64,000 nucleotides of DNA from Clostridiales bacterium (GCA_918292005.1 CAKJZJ010000003.1:4161-68160); one strand, 5' to 3'; positions 39,252 through 49,354 are shown, counted from the stretch's first letter. Made by a program: numbers and translations. Notes: a model not told the origin generated them from the letters alone.

Positions 39252-42200
39252 TGAAAGACGATGATTTTTTCGAAAAATATGTAGATAAAGATAGTACTCA
39301 GACTGGTAAAAGAAAAGGTAGTGTAAAAAAGAATTTGTTTAATTCTGTTGCACCAAAATCTGAACCTATTAAAAAAGCACCTGTAGTGGAGAATAAACCT
39401 AAGGTAGAAAAAACAACGGTTGTAAGCGAAGAAAAAGAAACTCGTACAAGAACTACTGGTGTAAAAAAATCTATTGTAACTAATGAGCAGACAGATATTA
39501 CCAAAGCAACTCCTGCTAAACAAACTGTAAAAGCAGAAGAGATAAAAGAAGAAACTAAAAAGGCAAAAATGCCTAAAACTACAGAAAAAACTACTAGTAG
39601 TAGGACTGCTAAACCTGCCAAGGAACCAGTAATTTCTGCTACAGTATTAGAAGAAAAAGTAGAAACAAATGAAAAACCAAAAGTTACTAGATCAAAAAAG
39701 ACCACAAAAGTTGTAGATATTCCAGTTGAAAAAGTGGATGATGAGATTGTAGAAGAAGTAAAGGAGATTAAGGCTACTCGACGTTCGACTAGAAAAACTG
39801 AAATGGTAGAAGATACCACCGAAGAACCGGTAGAAATGGTAGAAGATACTCAATATTCAGAAGAAACTACTACTATGCAAAATGCAGAAAATACCGAAAC
39901 AAAGCATAGATCTAGGAAAAAAGACAAAAGGGAAATGACTCTAGAAGACTATAATGTTGATTATGTTACAAAGTCATTATCACAGACAATACATGAGTCC
40001 ATGATACCATATAGCGAATTCGTTATACTGGATAGAGCATTACCTAGAGTAGAAGATGGTTTAAAGCCTGTTCAGCGTAGAGTATTATATAGTATGCTAG
40101 AAATAGGCGTATTGCCAGATAGACCTTTTAAAAAGAGTGCAAGTATCGTGGGTGAATGTATGGGTAAATACCATCCACATGGTGATACTAGTATATACGA
40201 TACTCTAGTTAGAATGGCACAGCCATTCAATATGTGTGAGCCATTGGTTGATGGACATGGTAATTTCGGATCGGTGGATGGAGATACTGCTGCTGCAATG
40301 CGTTATACCGAAGCAAAACTTACTCCACTTGCTCTAGAATTACTTAGAGATTTAGAGAAAGATACGGTTCCTTGGCAATTAAACTTTGATGATAGGCTAA
40401 AAGAGCCAGTTATATTGCCAGGTAGATTTCCAAATTTGTTGGTAAATGGATGTCAGGGTATAGCGGTTGGATTGGCAACCAATATTCCTACACACAATTT
40501 TACCGAAGCATGTAATGCCGTTATAGCATATATTGATAAACGTTCTATTACTGTAGATGAATTGATGAAAATTATGCCAGCCCCAGATTTCCCAAGTGGT
40601 GGTTATATACTGAATTCGTCAGAAATCAAGCAGATGTACGAAACTGGTAAGGGTAAAATTTACATTAGATCAAAAATTCATATAGAGAATGGCGACAATG
40701 GTAAGAAAAATATCGTTATTACTGAGATTCCATTCCAAGTAAATAAAGCAGCAATGCTACAGAAAATCGCTAAATATAGAGATGCAAATCCAGATGGCCC
40801 AATGGGTGGGATTCAAGAAATTGTAGATGAATCTGATAGATTTGGTACTAGAGCAGTAATTAAATTGAAAAAAGAAGCCAAGATTAATTCTATCTTAAAT
40901 CTATTATACAAATACTGCGATGTTCAAACTACATTCGGCGCCAATATTGTGGCAATTGCAGATGGCAAACCTAAACAAATGGGTTTGAGAGAGATTCTAG
41001 AGTATTATGTAAACTTCCAACAAAAAGTTATATATAATAGGACTAATTATGACCTAGAAGAAGCATTGAAAAAAGAACATATCTTGGAAGGCTTGCTCAT
41101 CGCTATTAGAAATATTGATGAAGTAGTTAGAATAATCAAAACTAGTAAGAATGTTACTGATGCGAAAATTACTCTCATGCAGACATTTGAATTAACTGAA
41201 ATTCAGGCACAGGCAATTCTTGATATGAGACTTGCTAGACTTACTAGTTTGGAAGTAAACAAACTGATTACTGATCTGAATAGACTGAGAGATTTGATTA
41301 AACGTTATACAGCAATACTAAAGAGTCCAACACTTCAGATGAAAGTAGTGAAGTCCGAATTGCAAGAATTAATTAAATCTTATGGTAAACCTAGAAAGAC
41401 TAAATTTTTGAATGCGGAAGAACATTTCGAAGACAGCAGTATTGTAATCGATATGGATACTGATGAAGACATTGAGACATTCCATTTTATTGCAACTCCA
41501 GCAGGTACAATCAAGACAATTAATTTAAAGAGTTATAAATTGGTTAGCAAGGAATTGAGTGCCAATGCAACACTTAGCGAAGTACCTAGCATTAGCTTTA
41601 AGGTTGATAATAATAAAGATGTATATGTATTTACCAATATTGGTAATTCTATTAAAATCCCAGTTGATAGTATCAATGAATGCAAATTTAGAGACAAAGG
41701 TACATCATTATTTACCATGGCGAAGAATACTACCAAAGACGAAAAAATTGTTAGTGCTGTAGAATTAGATCAAACACTTGCAGATAGTGGACTGATATTT
41801 GTAACGAAGTCTGGTATGATGAAAGTGTCCAAAATATCTGACTATTTGACAACAAAGCAGGTAGTTTCTGCCATAAAACTAGCAAAAAATGATGAAGTAG
41901 TATTGGTTGACGTATTTAATCCTAATAAAAAATTAACATTATTTACTGCTCTTGGTAATGCTGTAAAGGTAGATGTATCTGATTTGAATATGCTAGGTAG
42001 AACTAGTATTGGTGTCAAGGCTATTGCTTTGGAAAAGACAGATTATGTAGTTGGTGCATACCAGACTAGCATTAGTGATGCATTCGCTTTATTTACCAAT
42101 GATGGTTATGCAAAAATTATTAAGCAATCTGATATAGAAGAAAGTGTAAGGAATAGAAAAGGTCTATCATACCTTAGTCCAAAAGCAAAAAATTCTAGGT

Positions 42201-42370
42201 TGGTATATGCTAGTAGACTTAGTGCAAAGAATAATTATGTTATCATGGATAAGAATGAAAAATTACATTTTGTATTAACTACAGCTATTCCTATTGATAC
42301 TCGTACAGGACTTGGTAAAGCTATTGTTAAGGATAAAGTTACTTTTGTTTATCCATACGTTGTTAGTTAA
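39251..42370 (+). CDS. parC: Type IIA topoisomerase subunit A (ParC-like) with ~230-aa K/E/T-rich N-terminal extension
   Basis: Core starts near residue 240 (ILDRALPRVEDGLKPVQRRVLYSM), with the catalytic Tyr in AAAMRYTEAKL. No QRRGGKG GyrA box was seen in the C-terminal domain. The TAATG overlap couples translation to the B-subunit gene. Confidence 0.8.
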   Translation: MKDDDFFEKYVDKDSTQTGKRKGSVKKNLFNSVAPKSEPIKKAPVVENKPKVEKTTVVSEEKETRTRTTGVKKSIVTNEQTDITKATPAKQTVKAEEIKEETKKAKMPKTTEKTTSSRTAKPAKEPVISATVLEEKVETNEKPKVTRSKKTTKVVDIPVEKVDDEIVEEVKEIKATRRSTRKTEMVEDTTEEPVEMVEDTQYSEETTTMQNAENTETKHRSRKKDKREMTLEDYNVDYVTKSLSQTIHESMIPYSEFVILDRALPRVEDGLKPVQRRVLYSMLEIGVLPDRPFKKSASIVGECMGKYHPHGDTSIYDTLVRMAQPFNMCEPLVDGHGNFGSVDGDTAAAMRYTEAKLTPLALELLRDLEKDTVPWQLNFDDRLKEPVILPGRFPNLLVNGCQGIAVGLATNIPTHNFTEACNAVIAYIDKRSITVDELMKIMPAPDFPSGGYILNSSEIKQMYETGKGKIYIRSKIHIENGDNGKKNIVITEIPFQVNKAAMLQKIAKYRDANPDGPMGGIQEIVDESDRFGTRAVIKLKKEAKINSILNLLYKYCDVQTTFGANIVAIADGKPKQMGLREILEYYVNFQQKVIYNRTNYDLEEALKKEHILEGLLIAIRNIDEVVRIIKTSKNVTDAKITLMQTFELTEIQAQAILDMRLARLTSLEVNKLITDLNRLRDLIKRYTAILKSPTLQMKVVKSELQELIKSYGKPRKTKFLNAEEHFEDSSIVIDMDTDEDIETFHFIATPAGTIKTINLKSYKLVSKELSANATLSEVPSISFKVDNNKDVYVFTNIGNSIKIPVDSINECKFRDKGTSLFTMAKNTTKDEKIVSAVELDQTLADSGLIFVTKSGMMKVSKISDYLTTKQVVSAIKLAKNDEVVLVDVFNPNKKLTLFTALGNAVKVDVSDLNMLGRTSIGVKAIALEKTDYVVGAYQTSISDAFALFTNDGYAKIIKQSDIEESVRNRKGLSYLSPKAKNSRLVYASRLSAKNNYVIMDKNEKLHFVLTTAIPIDTRTGLGKAIVKDKVTFVYPYVVS

Positions 42371-42380
42371 ATAATAATAT

Positions 42381-42407
42381 AAGTGCACATTTTTGTGCAC
42401 TTTTTTT
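42381..42407 (+). terminator. Rho-independent terminator of parC
   Basis: AGTGCAC-ATTTTT-GTGCACT hairpin followed by T7. Confidence 0.7.
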
Positions 42408-42552
42408 GTTCTAATTCATTGATAATAAGAATATATTTGTATAGAAATTAGTGTTTTGTTCGTTCGACATAATTAGTCACGATATACCAATTTACTATTG
42501 TGCTAATATTATTAATTATGCTTCTTCGGGTTTTATAATGTAGGAGTACTCA

Positions 42553-43317
42553 ATGAGAGTTTTGGTTATTAAAAAGAAATATCTAATATTATCTATCATT
42601 TCTATAGTATGCGCTATTATTCTTTCTCTTGATTTTACTGGTGGCGTTGCTGCATCTGTATATTTTGGATATGCTCCTAGACTAGTGCCTATCTATAGTG
42701 TAGATACTACTGATATGCGTGTTGCTATATCTTTTGATACAGCATGGGGTGCAGACAAAACTACTCGAATTTTGGATACTCTAGCAGAATATGGTGTTGG
42801 TGCAACATTCTTTATGGTAGGCTTTTGGGTAGAGAAATATCCAGATATGGTAAGAGCAGTCTACGAGCATGGTATTGAGATAGGTACACATAGCAATACT
42901 CATCCAGACTTCACTAGACTTAGCACTTCACAGATGGAATTAGAGTTGTCTACTAGTATCATGCATATAAAAGATGTTGTAGATGTAAATGTTGAATTAT
43001 TTAGATGTCCGTATGGCTCATATAATAATTCGGTTATCAGTACTGCTACATCTATGGGTCTAAAGACTATCCAATGGGATGTGGATACTCTAGACTGGAA
43101 AGGTTTGAGTGGTGTGGAGATATGTGAGAGGGTAATGAGTAGAGTAAAGCCAGGTAGTATTATTCTATGTCATAATAATTCTGACCATATCCTAGATGCA
43201 TTACCACTTGTATTAGAGAGATTGAAGGTGGCAGGATACACAGTGTGTTCGGTAGGTGATTTGATATACAGAGATAATTATAGTATTGATCATTTGGGTA
43301 TACAGCGAAAAAATTAA
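42553..43317 (+). CDS. Polysaccharide deacetylase (NodB homology domain), membrane-anchored
   Basis: N-terminal TM, FDTAWG (variant of TFDDG), and HSNTHP, typical of peptidoglycan/chitooligosaccharide deacetylases. Confidence 0.8.
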   Translation: MRVLVIKKKYLILSIISIVCAIILSLDFTGGVAASVYFGYAPRLVPIYSVDTTDMRVAISFDTAWGADKTTRILDTLAEYGVGATFFMVGFWVEKYPDMVRAVYEHGIEIGTHSNTHPDFTRLSTSQMELELSTSIMHIKDVVDVNVELFRCPYGSYNNSVISTATSMGLKTIQWDVDTLDWKGLSGVEICERVMSRVKPGSIILCHNNSDHILDALPLVLERLKVAGYTVCSVGDLIYRDNYSIDHLGIQRKN

Positions 43318-43338
43318 TAGTGTATCAAGGAGAAAATT

Positions 43339-44013
43339 ATGAATTACAATTTAATGAAAAATAATAAGGTATTTGTTGCTGGTGAGATAGTTACTGAGCC
43401 TAAATTTAGTCATCAGGTCTATAATGAAAAGTTTTACGAGTTTGATTTGAAAGTGTGCAGACTATCCGATAGTTATGACATTATTCCAGTAACAATTAGC
43501 GAAAAACTACTTACTTCTGACATTTGTGTTGGTAAAAAATTGTGTATCAATGGTCAATTCCGTAGTTATAATAAAGTAGAAGATGGCAAAAGCAAATTGA
43601 TGCTTACGGTATTTATTAGGGAAATACTACCATATTTAGAGACAGAGAATCCTAATAGTATAGAGATTACGGGCTATGTGTGTAAAGAGCCAGTATTCCG
43701 TACCACACCATTTAAAAGGGAAATATCTGATGTGCTTTTAGCCGTTAATCGTAGTTATAATAAAAGTGATTATTTGCCTTGTATTGCATGGGGTAGAAAT
43801 GCTAGATATGTAAAAAATTTTGAAGTGGGTGACAAAGTTGTTGTTTCGGGTAGAATCCAGAGTCGTGATTATCAGAAACGTATTAATGATGAATTGGTTA
43901 CAAAAACTGCTTACGAAGTGAGTTTAAACAAGGTGGAATTGGTGAAAGAACCATCGGCAGTAGATACTATGTTTACGTCTATTGGTGAAGTAGACAATTA
44001 TTATGTGAAATAA
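43339..44013 (+). CDS. Tandem OB-fold SSB-like protein without acidic C-terminal tip
   Basis: Two SSB-like halves: VFVAGEIVTEPKF...INGQFRSYN and IEITGYVCKEPVFR...CIAWGRNARYV...VVVSGRIQSRDYQ. Ends in EVDNYYVK, with no DDDIPF-type tail. Confidence 0.55.
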   Translation: MNYNLMKNNKVFVAGEIVTEPKFSHQVYNEKFYEFDLKVCRLSDSYDIIPVTISEKLLTSDICVGKKLCINGQFRSYNKVEDGKSKLMLTVFIREILPYLETENPNSIEITGYVCKEPVFRTTPFKREISDVLLAVNRSYNKSDYLPCIAWGRNARYVKNFEVGDKVVVSGRIQSRDYQKRINDELVTKTAYEVSLNKVELVKEPSAVDTMFTSIGEVDNYYVK

Positions 44014-44017
44014 ATGA

Positions 44018-44042
44018 AATCCATACTATGTATGGATTTTTT
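44018..44042 (+). terminator. Rho-independent terminator
   Basis: ATCCATA-CTATG-TATGGAT hairpin followed by T6. Confidence 0.7.
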
Positions 44043-44100
44043 ATATACGTGATTATTCTATATGTTTGATTAAATCAAGTATATGTGGTAACATAATAAT

Positions 44101-44649
44101 ATGAAAGAAACTGCAGATATTATTGAATTAAAGAAACATCAATTCAAAATGTTGATATGTGTATCAATATTTCTTTTTCTTGCTTTTCTAGGTTTTACAC
44201 TTTATTGGGAGATTAGTTATAGCCACACCATGTCTAAATATGTAAAAACTACGGCAGAAGTAATAGATCATAGTGAGATGTCGGGTGAAATCCACGATGT
44301 TGTGAGATTCGTGGCTAATCGTGGTACGGATAGTGAAGCTACACATGAGAGAGTGCTTACGTATGTGTCCAATCACGAGATAGGTGCTATAGTCATTGTT
44401 TATTATGATGCATCCAATCCTACAATGGGGCAATTATTGATCTCGGATGAACTTGGTAGTCATCAAGTTATGCAGTATGTATTGCCGATCATATCTATAC
44501 TATTTGGTGGTATAGAATGTGCGTTTTTATGGCTATATTATAGTATAAATATTGCCAAATACAATACTACTCAAAAAGTAGAAAATCGACCTAAAGAAGA
44601 TGAAAATCTCAATATTGCTGATGCTGGTGAAAATGATGGAAAAGTCTAA
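44101..44649 (+). CDS. DUF3592-like membrane protein
   Basis: N-terminal TM, a beta-rich middle with IVIVYYDASNP, and a second TM. Confidence 0.4.
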   Translation: MKETADIIELKKHQFKMLICVSIFLFLAFLGFTLYWEISYSHTMSKYVKTTAEVIDHSEMSGEIHDVVRFVANRGTDSEATHERVLTYVSNHEIGAIVIVYYDASNPTMGQLLISDELGSHQVMQYVLPIISILFGGIECAFLWLYYSINIAKYNTTQKVENRPKEDENLNIADAGENDGKV

Positions 44650-45577
44650 AAAAAGAGTTCTGATGGAATGGACGATAATATTCGTATCGTTGGTAGTGTC
44701 GTTTGCTTTGGGATTAATATTCCATGATTATATATTGGGATCGCTTACGTTGTTTTTTGGTTTCATGAATTCATATTATATGGCTGTTGGCAAGTGGCAG
44801 AATTATATATTTGGCATATTATTTACCATTACATATACCATTATTTGTACTATTAATGGTCTATACGGGTGGCTAATATTTTCTATTGTATTCTATGTGC
44901 CAGTACAAATATATGGTCTCGTTAATTGGTCAAAAAATCAACAAAACAAAGAAGTTAAAATGAAGAGTTTTACATGGAAAAATTCTTTAATTATATGTAC
45001 TTTGGTGATTGTGGGAAGTGGAATTTTAGGATTTTTGCTTTCATTGATTCCAAGTCAAAGATTGGCTTTTTTGGATAGTACTAGTCAGATTATCAATATC
45101 TGTGGCGTTGTATTAGTTGCAATTAGATTTAGAGAATGTTGGTATGTGTGGTTAATTAATAATTTAATTGATCTATCAATTTGGATTGTCAATGTGATTC
45201 ACGCAACAGAAAATGCAGAGATGACTTTAATAACATCAATCATGTATCTAATTATGAATGTAATAGGTTTGATTAGTTGGATTGTGATTGAAAATAGGCA
45301 AAAAAAGATGGGGAATAATATGGATAAAATATGTCAAAGTTGTGGTATGCCTTTGCATAATGAAGATGATTATGGTACAGAAAAAAATGGTAATAAATCT
45401 AAAGATTATTGCAAATATTGCTATAAAGATGGGGATTTTATAGATAAAGTTGGTATGGAAGAGTACATAGATATGTGTTCTCAGTATGGCGCACAGGCAG
45501 GTATGTCCAATGAAGAAATGCGTATTTTCTGTATAAATTTGTTTCCGAAACTGAAAAGATGGAAAAAAGATAAGTAG
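44633..45577 (+). CDS. pnuC: PnuC-like nicotinamide riboside transporter fused to C-terminal zinc-ribbon domain
   Basis: Seven hydrophobic helices with PnuC-like W/N motifs (CWYVWLINNLIDLSIW). C-terminal CQSCGMPL...YCKYCYKDGDF zinc ribbon. Start is ambiguous among 44600, 44633 and 44636. Confidence 0.65.
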   Translation: MMEKSKKRVLMEWTIIFVSLVVSFALGLIFHDYILGSLTLFFGFMNSYYMAVGKWQNYIFGILFTITYTIICTINGLYGWLIFSIVFYVPVQIYGLVNWSKNQQNKEVKMKSFTWKNSLIICTLVIVGSGILGFLLSLIPSQRLAFLDSTSQIINICGVVLVAIRFRECWYVWLINNLIDLSIWIVNVIHATENAEMTLITSIMYLIMNVIGLISWIVIENRQKKMGNNMDKICQSCGMPLHNEDDYGTEKNGNKSKDYCKYCYKDGDFIDKVGMEEYIDMCSQYGAQAGMSNEEMRIFCINLFPKLKRWKKDK

Positions 45578-45591
45578 GATTAGGTATTATT

Positions 45592-45885
45592 ATGGCATCT
45601 ACAAAAGAATTTAGAGATTTTGTATTGGACCAATTAAGTGGTTTGGATAATATTACTTGTAAATCTATGATGGGTGAGTTTTTATTGTATTATCAGGGTG
45701 TTCTTTTTGGTGGTATTTATGATGATAGGGTGCTTATCAAGATTACGAATTCAAACGAAAAGTATTCTCTATCATTGGCAATTCCTTACGAAAAAGGCAA
45801 GCCTATGTATATAGTTGAAGATATTGATGATGCAGATTATTTGGTTGCTCTTGTGAGAGATACATGTGTAGATTTAAAAAAATAA
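45592..45885 (+). CDS. TfoX N-terminal domain protein
   Basis: 97 aa with EFRDFVLDQL....KSMMGEFLLYYQGVLFGGIYDDRVLIK. Confidence 0.6.
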   Translation: MASTKEFRDFVLDQLSGLDNITCKSMMGEFLLYYQGVLFGGIYDDRVLIKITNSNEKYSLSLAIPYEKGKPMYIVEDIDDADYLVALVRDTCVDLKK

Positions 45886-45917
45886 AAAAGGAATTAGTTT
45901 GCTAATTCCTTTTTTTA
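45884..45917. terminator. Bidirectional terminator
   Basis: AGGAATTAG-TTTG-CTAATTCCT hairpin flanked by A- and T-runs. Confidence 0.7.
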
Positions 45918-45920
45918 TAT

Positions 45921-48467
45921 TTATTTTTTCTTTTTGATTATAATATAACTAGTAATGATTACTCCTAGTAGGATTATTGATATTACAATTATGACGATCA
46001 GGATTATCTTGGTATTGTCCAATTTATCCATTTTTACATTGTTGGTTTTTACGTAACCTTCTATAGAGTTTAGATTTTTATCTTTATATATGATTTTTGT
46101 ATATTCTTGATTTTTATCGTAAGATTCTACGTATATTCTATCTCCATCTTTTAGGGTTAATAGTGGTGTGGTTAGATTATCGTCATATACAGTAACAGGC
46201 TCATTGGATATAGATTTGATTTGTGCATTCTCTACATTTAGATATGTAATAGTTTTATTGTCATCCAATACCACATCTGCATTAAAAATAAATCCATAGG
46301 TATTATTATTTCTAGTATATAGATAGAATTTCTTACCATCAATACTTACAGGGAAGTGGTTTTGTGATATGAGTATTGATTTATTAATACTAAGTGTACC
46401 ATTTGTAACTATTGAATTATTGGCTCTAAGAATGGTAGGGTATTTGTATATAGGTACTTGTTTATTAGTAGTAATTACTCTGATGCAATTTGTATAATCA
46501 AAAGGTACTTGCTCAACTTCGTAGGTTTTTAGGTATCCCGTAGTGAATGTATTATTGTGATTGAATATTACTCTGTAGTATTCATTATTATAATTCTCTA
46601 TACCTATACATTCGTGTATACCCGTATATGAATTGCCTATGCCATATGGATAATCATAGATATTTGCATTATATTTCACTGTGAATGCAAGTGGCATGGT
46701 GGTAATTTCATTATAGTCTACTATCTGTAGTGGATTTTCTTGTAGAGATATATCGAAATATTTGATGGCTTGTTTTTCCGAATCAAAAGCATACATGCGT
46801 CTATTTAGAATATCATAATTAATTGTCGAGAAATTCTCAAAAGCTTCGTTTGTATTAGTTATAGGTGTAGAGAATTGGTCATTGGTAATATTGATTAATG
46901 ATATTTGATTATTGTAGAGAGTAATGACTGCATTTAGATCTGATGTAATCTCTGTAGCATTGTAATTCATAGTGTGTATTCTGACACCCTCGGTATCTAA
47001 TAGATGTAGGGTGTTGTTGTTTAAAATTACTAGCAGATCCAATGATTTTATATATTCTATTCTACTATTTTCATCTAGATTTATACCACTAGATAGGAGA
47101 TTGGTTTTTTCTTGTAGACCACTTTGTGTTAGATATACGAGTTTATCATTGGTGTAGTCTAGCAGATATATTATATTAGCATTTGTGATAGTCGTATCAG
47201 ATACTAGTCCTAAGTCTACACTGTCAATGGTGGAATACTCATTGGTTTTGGTATAACCGGTAGATGATGGGCTGTATTTGACCAATATAGATTTGCTAGG
47301 TCTATTCTTTACGAAATACACATTGTTGTAGGTGTCAGTCGTTATTCCCCTTGGATAAGAATCGGTCTCAAGGTCGTCGATAACTAGTATATTATTTTCA
47401 GTGATTATTTGTGCTCTATTGTTTTTATTGTCACTTACATAGATCGTATCACCCTGAGTATGTATGTTTTTGATATCATTAAATCTACCAGGTTGTGATC
47501 CGAAACTACATAATAGTACATCTACTGTTTTTAGTTCGGTCGTATTGTTAGTTGTTATTATCTCGTATGTTTGTATGGTCTCATACTTGCTATCACTAGT
47601 ATAGATTATATTATTGTAGCAGTCGATATCCATTACATCAGATATTTCTAGATTATTGAAAAGTGTAGTGGATACCTTGTAATTATTGTCGGAAGTTTTG
47701 AAAAGGTGTAGGGTTTCTTTTGTAAATGCCACTATATATTCTTCATTATTGTGATAGAAACAATCAATTAATTGTACATTGTCTATGATTTCTTCCGGAG
47801 TGAGTGTAGATTCGCCATTGTAATTTAATGAACATATCCTTTGTTTGTTTTCGCTATTTTTAAATAATACGTATGCATTGTTGTCGCTGATTGCTACATT
47901 GTAGGCCGTATCGAATATAGCATTGCTAGTTTGTTTAACTGGGTTGGTTTGTGACGCTTGTAGATTTGTACCATATTTATATAATTCAAATACAGAGTTT
48001 CGAATAAGTCCGATGTATATGTAATCTTGGTCATTGTATATATCTATCGCATCTAGTCCTTCTAGATTGATATCGGTTATTCTCTCCAGGGCATTTGCAT
48101 TGGTAGTTCCTGTATTCCTTACTATTCTTACATAATTGTTATCTACTACTAGTAGGGTGTTGTCGCTTATGTATTTTAAATCTTTGATATTATTGAAGCC
48201 CGTTATTTCTGTATATGACCTAGTATTCTTTTCAAAGATGATTAGATTATTTTTATCCAGGGTGTAGGCTATGTCATTCTGGGTGGCAGATATCTCTGAT
48301 ATGCCATGCAGATTGGTATAGTCTACGACATTGTCGGGATAGTATGTTTCTATCTCTAGTGATGGTTCGTTAGCATGGACTACACGAAAAGACGATGGTA
48401 ATAGAACCATTACCATTAATGCTACGAATATCACAGATAGATATATTTTTAGTCGAATAGCCTTCAC
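45921..48467 (-). CDS. Large secreted repeat protein (beta-propeller/NHL-like repeats plus SH3b-like modules) with C-terminal TM anchor
   Basis: Signal peptide (...VVHA|NE), NHL-like strands (IYVSDNKNNRAQII), C-terminal SH3b-like segments (...IEGYVKTNNVK), and a TM followed by a KKKK tail. Confidence 0.5.
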   Translation of the reverse strand: MKAIRLKIYLSVIFVALMVMVLLPSSFRVVHANEPSLEIETYYPDNVVDYTNLHGISEISATQNDIAYTLDKNNLIIFEKNTRSYTEITGFNNIKDLKYISDNTLLVVDNNYVRIVRNTGTTNANALERITDINLEGLDAIDIYNDQDYIYIGLIRNSVFELYKYGTNLQASQTNPVKQTSNAIFDTAYNVAISDNNAYVLFKNSENKQRICSLNYNGESTLTPEEIIDNVQLIDCFYHNNEEYIVAFTKETLHLFKTSDNNYKVSTTLFNNLEISDVMDIDCYNNIIYTSDSKYETIQTYEIITTNNTTELKTVDVLLCSFGSQPGRFNDIKNIHTQGDTIYVSDNKNNRAQIITENNILVIDDLETDSYPRGITTDTYNNVYFVKNRPSKSILVKYSPSSTGYTKTNEYSTIDSVDLGLVSDTTITNANIIYLLDYTNDKLVYLTQSGLQEKTNLLSSGINLDENSRIEYIKSLDLLVILNNNTLHLLDTEGVRIHTMNYNATEITSDLNAVITLYNNQISLINITNDQFSTPITNTNEAFENFSTINYDILNRRMYAFDSEKQAIKYFDISLQENPLQIVDYNEITTMPLAFTVKYNANIYDYPYGIGNSYTGIHECIGIENYNNEYYRVIFNHNNTFTTGYLKTYEVEQVPFDYTNCIRVITTNKQVPIYKYPTILRANNSIVTNGTLSINKSILISQNHFPVSIDGKKFYLYTRNNNTYGFIFNADVVLDDNKTITYLNVENAQIKSISNEPVTVYDDNLTTPLLTLKDGDRIYVESYDKNQEYTKIIYKDKNLNSIEGYVKTNNVKMDKLDNTKIILIVIIVISIILLGVIITSYIIIKKKK

Positions 48468-48794
48468 GATTTCGCCTTTTATTTATTATTATTGAGTATT
48501 CTTTTAAATTCTATCAATTTTTTATATTTTTGACAATAAAAAAGACAATTGTTTCCTTTGTCCACAATAAATTTTTGTTCAAAAATTCATTTTTTTGAAA
48601 AATTTTTTTTATTAAATTTTAATTGCTCTAATTACTTATAGTAATTATGTTCGATAAAAATTCGACACGTTTGTACAAAAAAATAAAAAACTTTACAAAT
48701 TTTGACATAAAGTTTTGACTTTTGGGTGTTCGATATATTATACTAAGTGTGACGAAATAGCAAAGAGAATATTTTCGTGATAGGAGGTGTGAAA

Positions 48795-49346
48795 ATGAAA
48801 TACTGGACCAAGTCTATTTTGTCCATCTATAAGTATCTCGGTAGGTTGAGCAATGCTTTGGATAAAATTATTTTAGATGTGGGTAAGGGTAGCAATAGTG
48901 TATTGTTGATGCGTAGCCAGACTACTTATTATCAGGCAAATAAAATAATTGAGTTAATGGATAGGAAAAGAAAAACAATTAATTTGAAAGTAGCAGTTGA
49001 GGAGGTAATGAGCAAACTAAGTAAAGAAGATCGTAGGTTATTAACGCTTGTCTTTATAGATGGTGTGAAGTCGGATTTGGTAGCACAATTATTCGGTATT
49101 AGTCTTCGCACTTTTTTTAGGAAAAAAATAACCGCTTTGGAGAATTTTTCGACCAGACTGGACAAAATGGGCTTTACGGAAGAGTTTTTTGAAGAAGAGT
49201 ATAGCAAAGAACCTTGGATGGCACCTGTCTATGATGAGTGCGCTAGTAAAAATATCGAAGATGACTTTACTTTGGATCAATCTATCATCAATCGAGTGAT
49301 GAATAGAATGTCTAAAGTTAATGTCGCCTATAATACTTATATATAA
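48795..49346 (+). CDS. Sigma-70 region-4-type HTH protein (phage late-regulator-like, ArpU/RinA/DUF1492 style)
   Basis: ATG after AGGAGG. LSKEDRRLLTLVFIDGVKSDLVAQLFGISLRTFFRKKITALENF matches the region-4 HTH pattern. No region 2 was seen. Sits upstream of the terminase cluster. Confidence 0.5.
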   Translation: MKYWTKSILSIYKYLGRLSNALDKIILDVGKGSNSVLLMRSQTTYYQANKIIELMDRKRKTINLKVAVEEVMSKLSKEDRRLLTLVFIDGVKSDLVAQLFGISLRTFFRKKITALENFSTRLDKMGFTEEFFEEEYSKEPWMAPVYDECASKNIEDDFTLDQSIINRVMNRMSKVNVAYNTYI

Positions 49347-49354
49347 AGGGGGTG

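Noticed and set aside
39298-39819. 173-aa minus-strand ORF, and the 39059-39523 ORF, over the parC 5' region.
   Set aside because: They are antisense to the low-complexity K/E/T-rich extension. The plus-strand frame is fixed by TAATG coupling to parE and runs uninterrupted into the conserved core.
37287-42370. Calling the topoisomerase pair gyrB/gyrA.
   Set aside because: No GyrA-box (QRRGGKG-like) was seen in the A-subunit C-terminal domain, and there is no dnaA/dnaN/recF context. ParE/ParC is therefore preferred, but the distinction cannot be proven without phylogeny.
48468-48794. Attachment-site direct repeats shared between the left border (48468-48794) and the right border (61092-62429) of the phage-like cluster.
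   Set aside because: I could not find a shared exact repeat of 12 nt or more by eye. This needs a computational repeat search and is not a confident negative.
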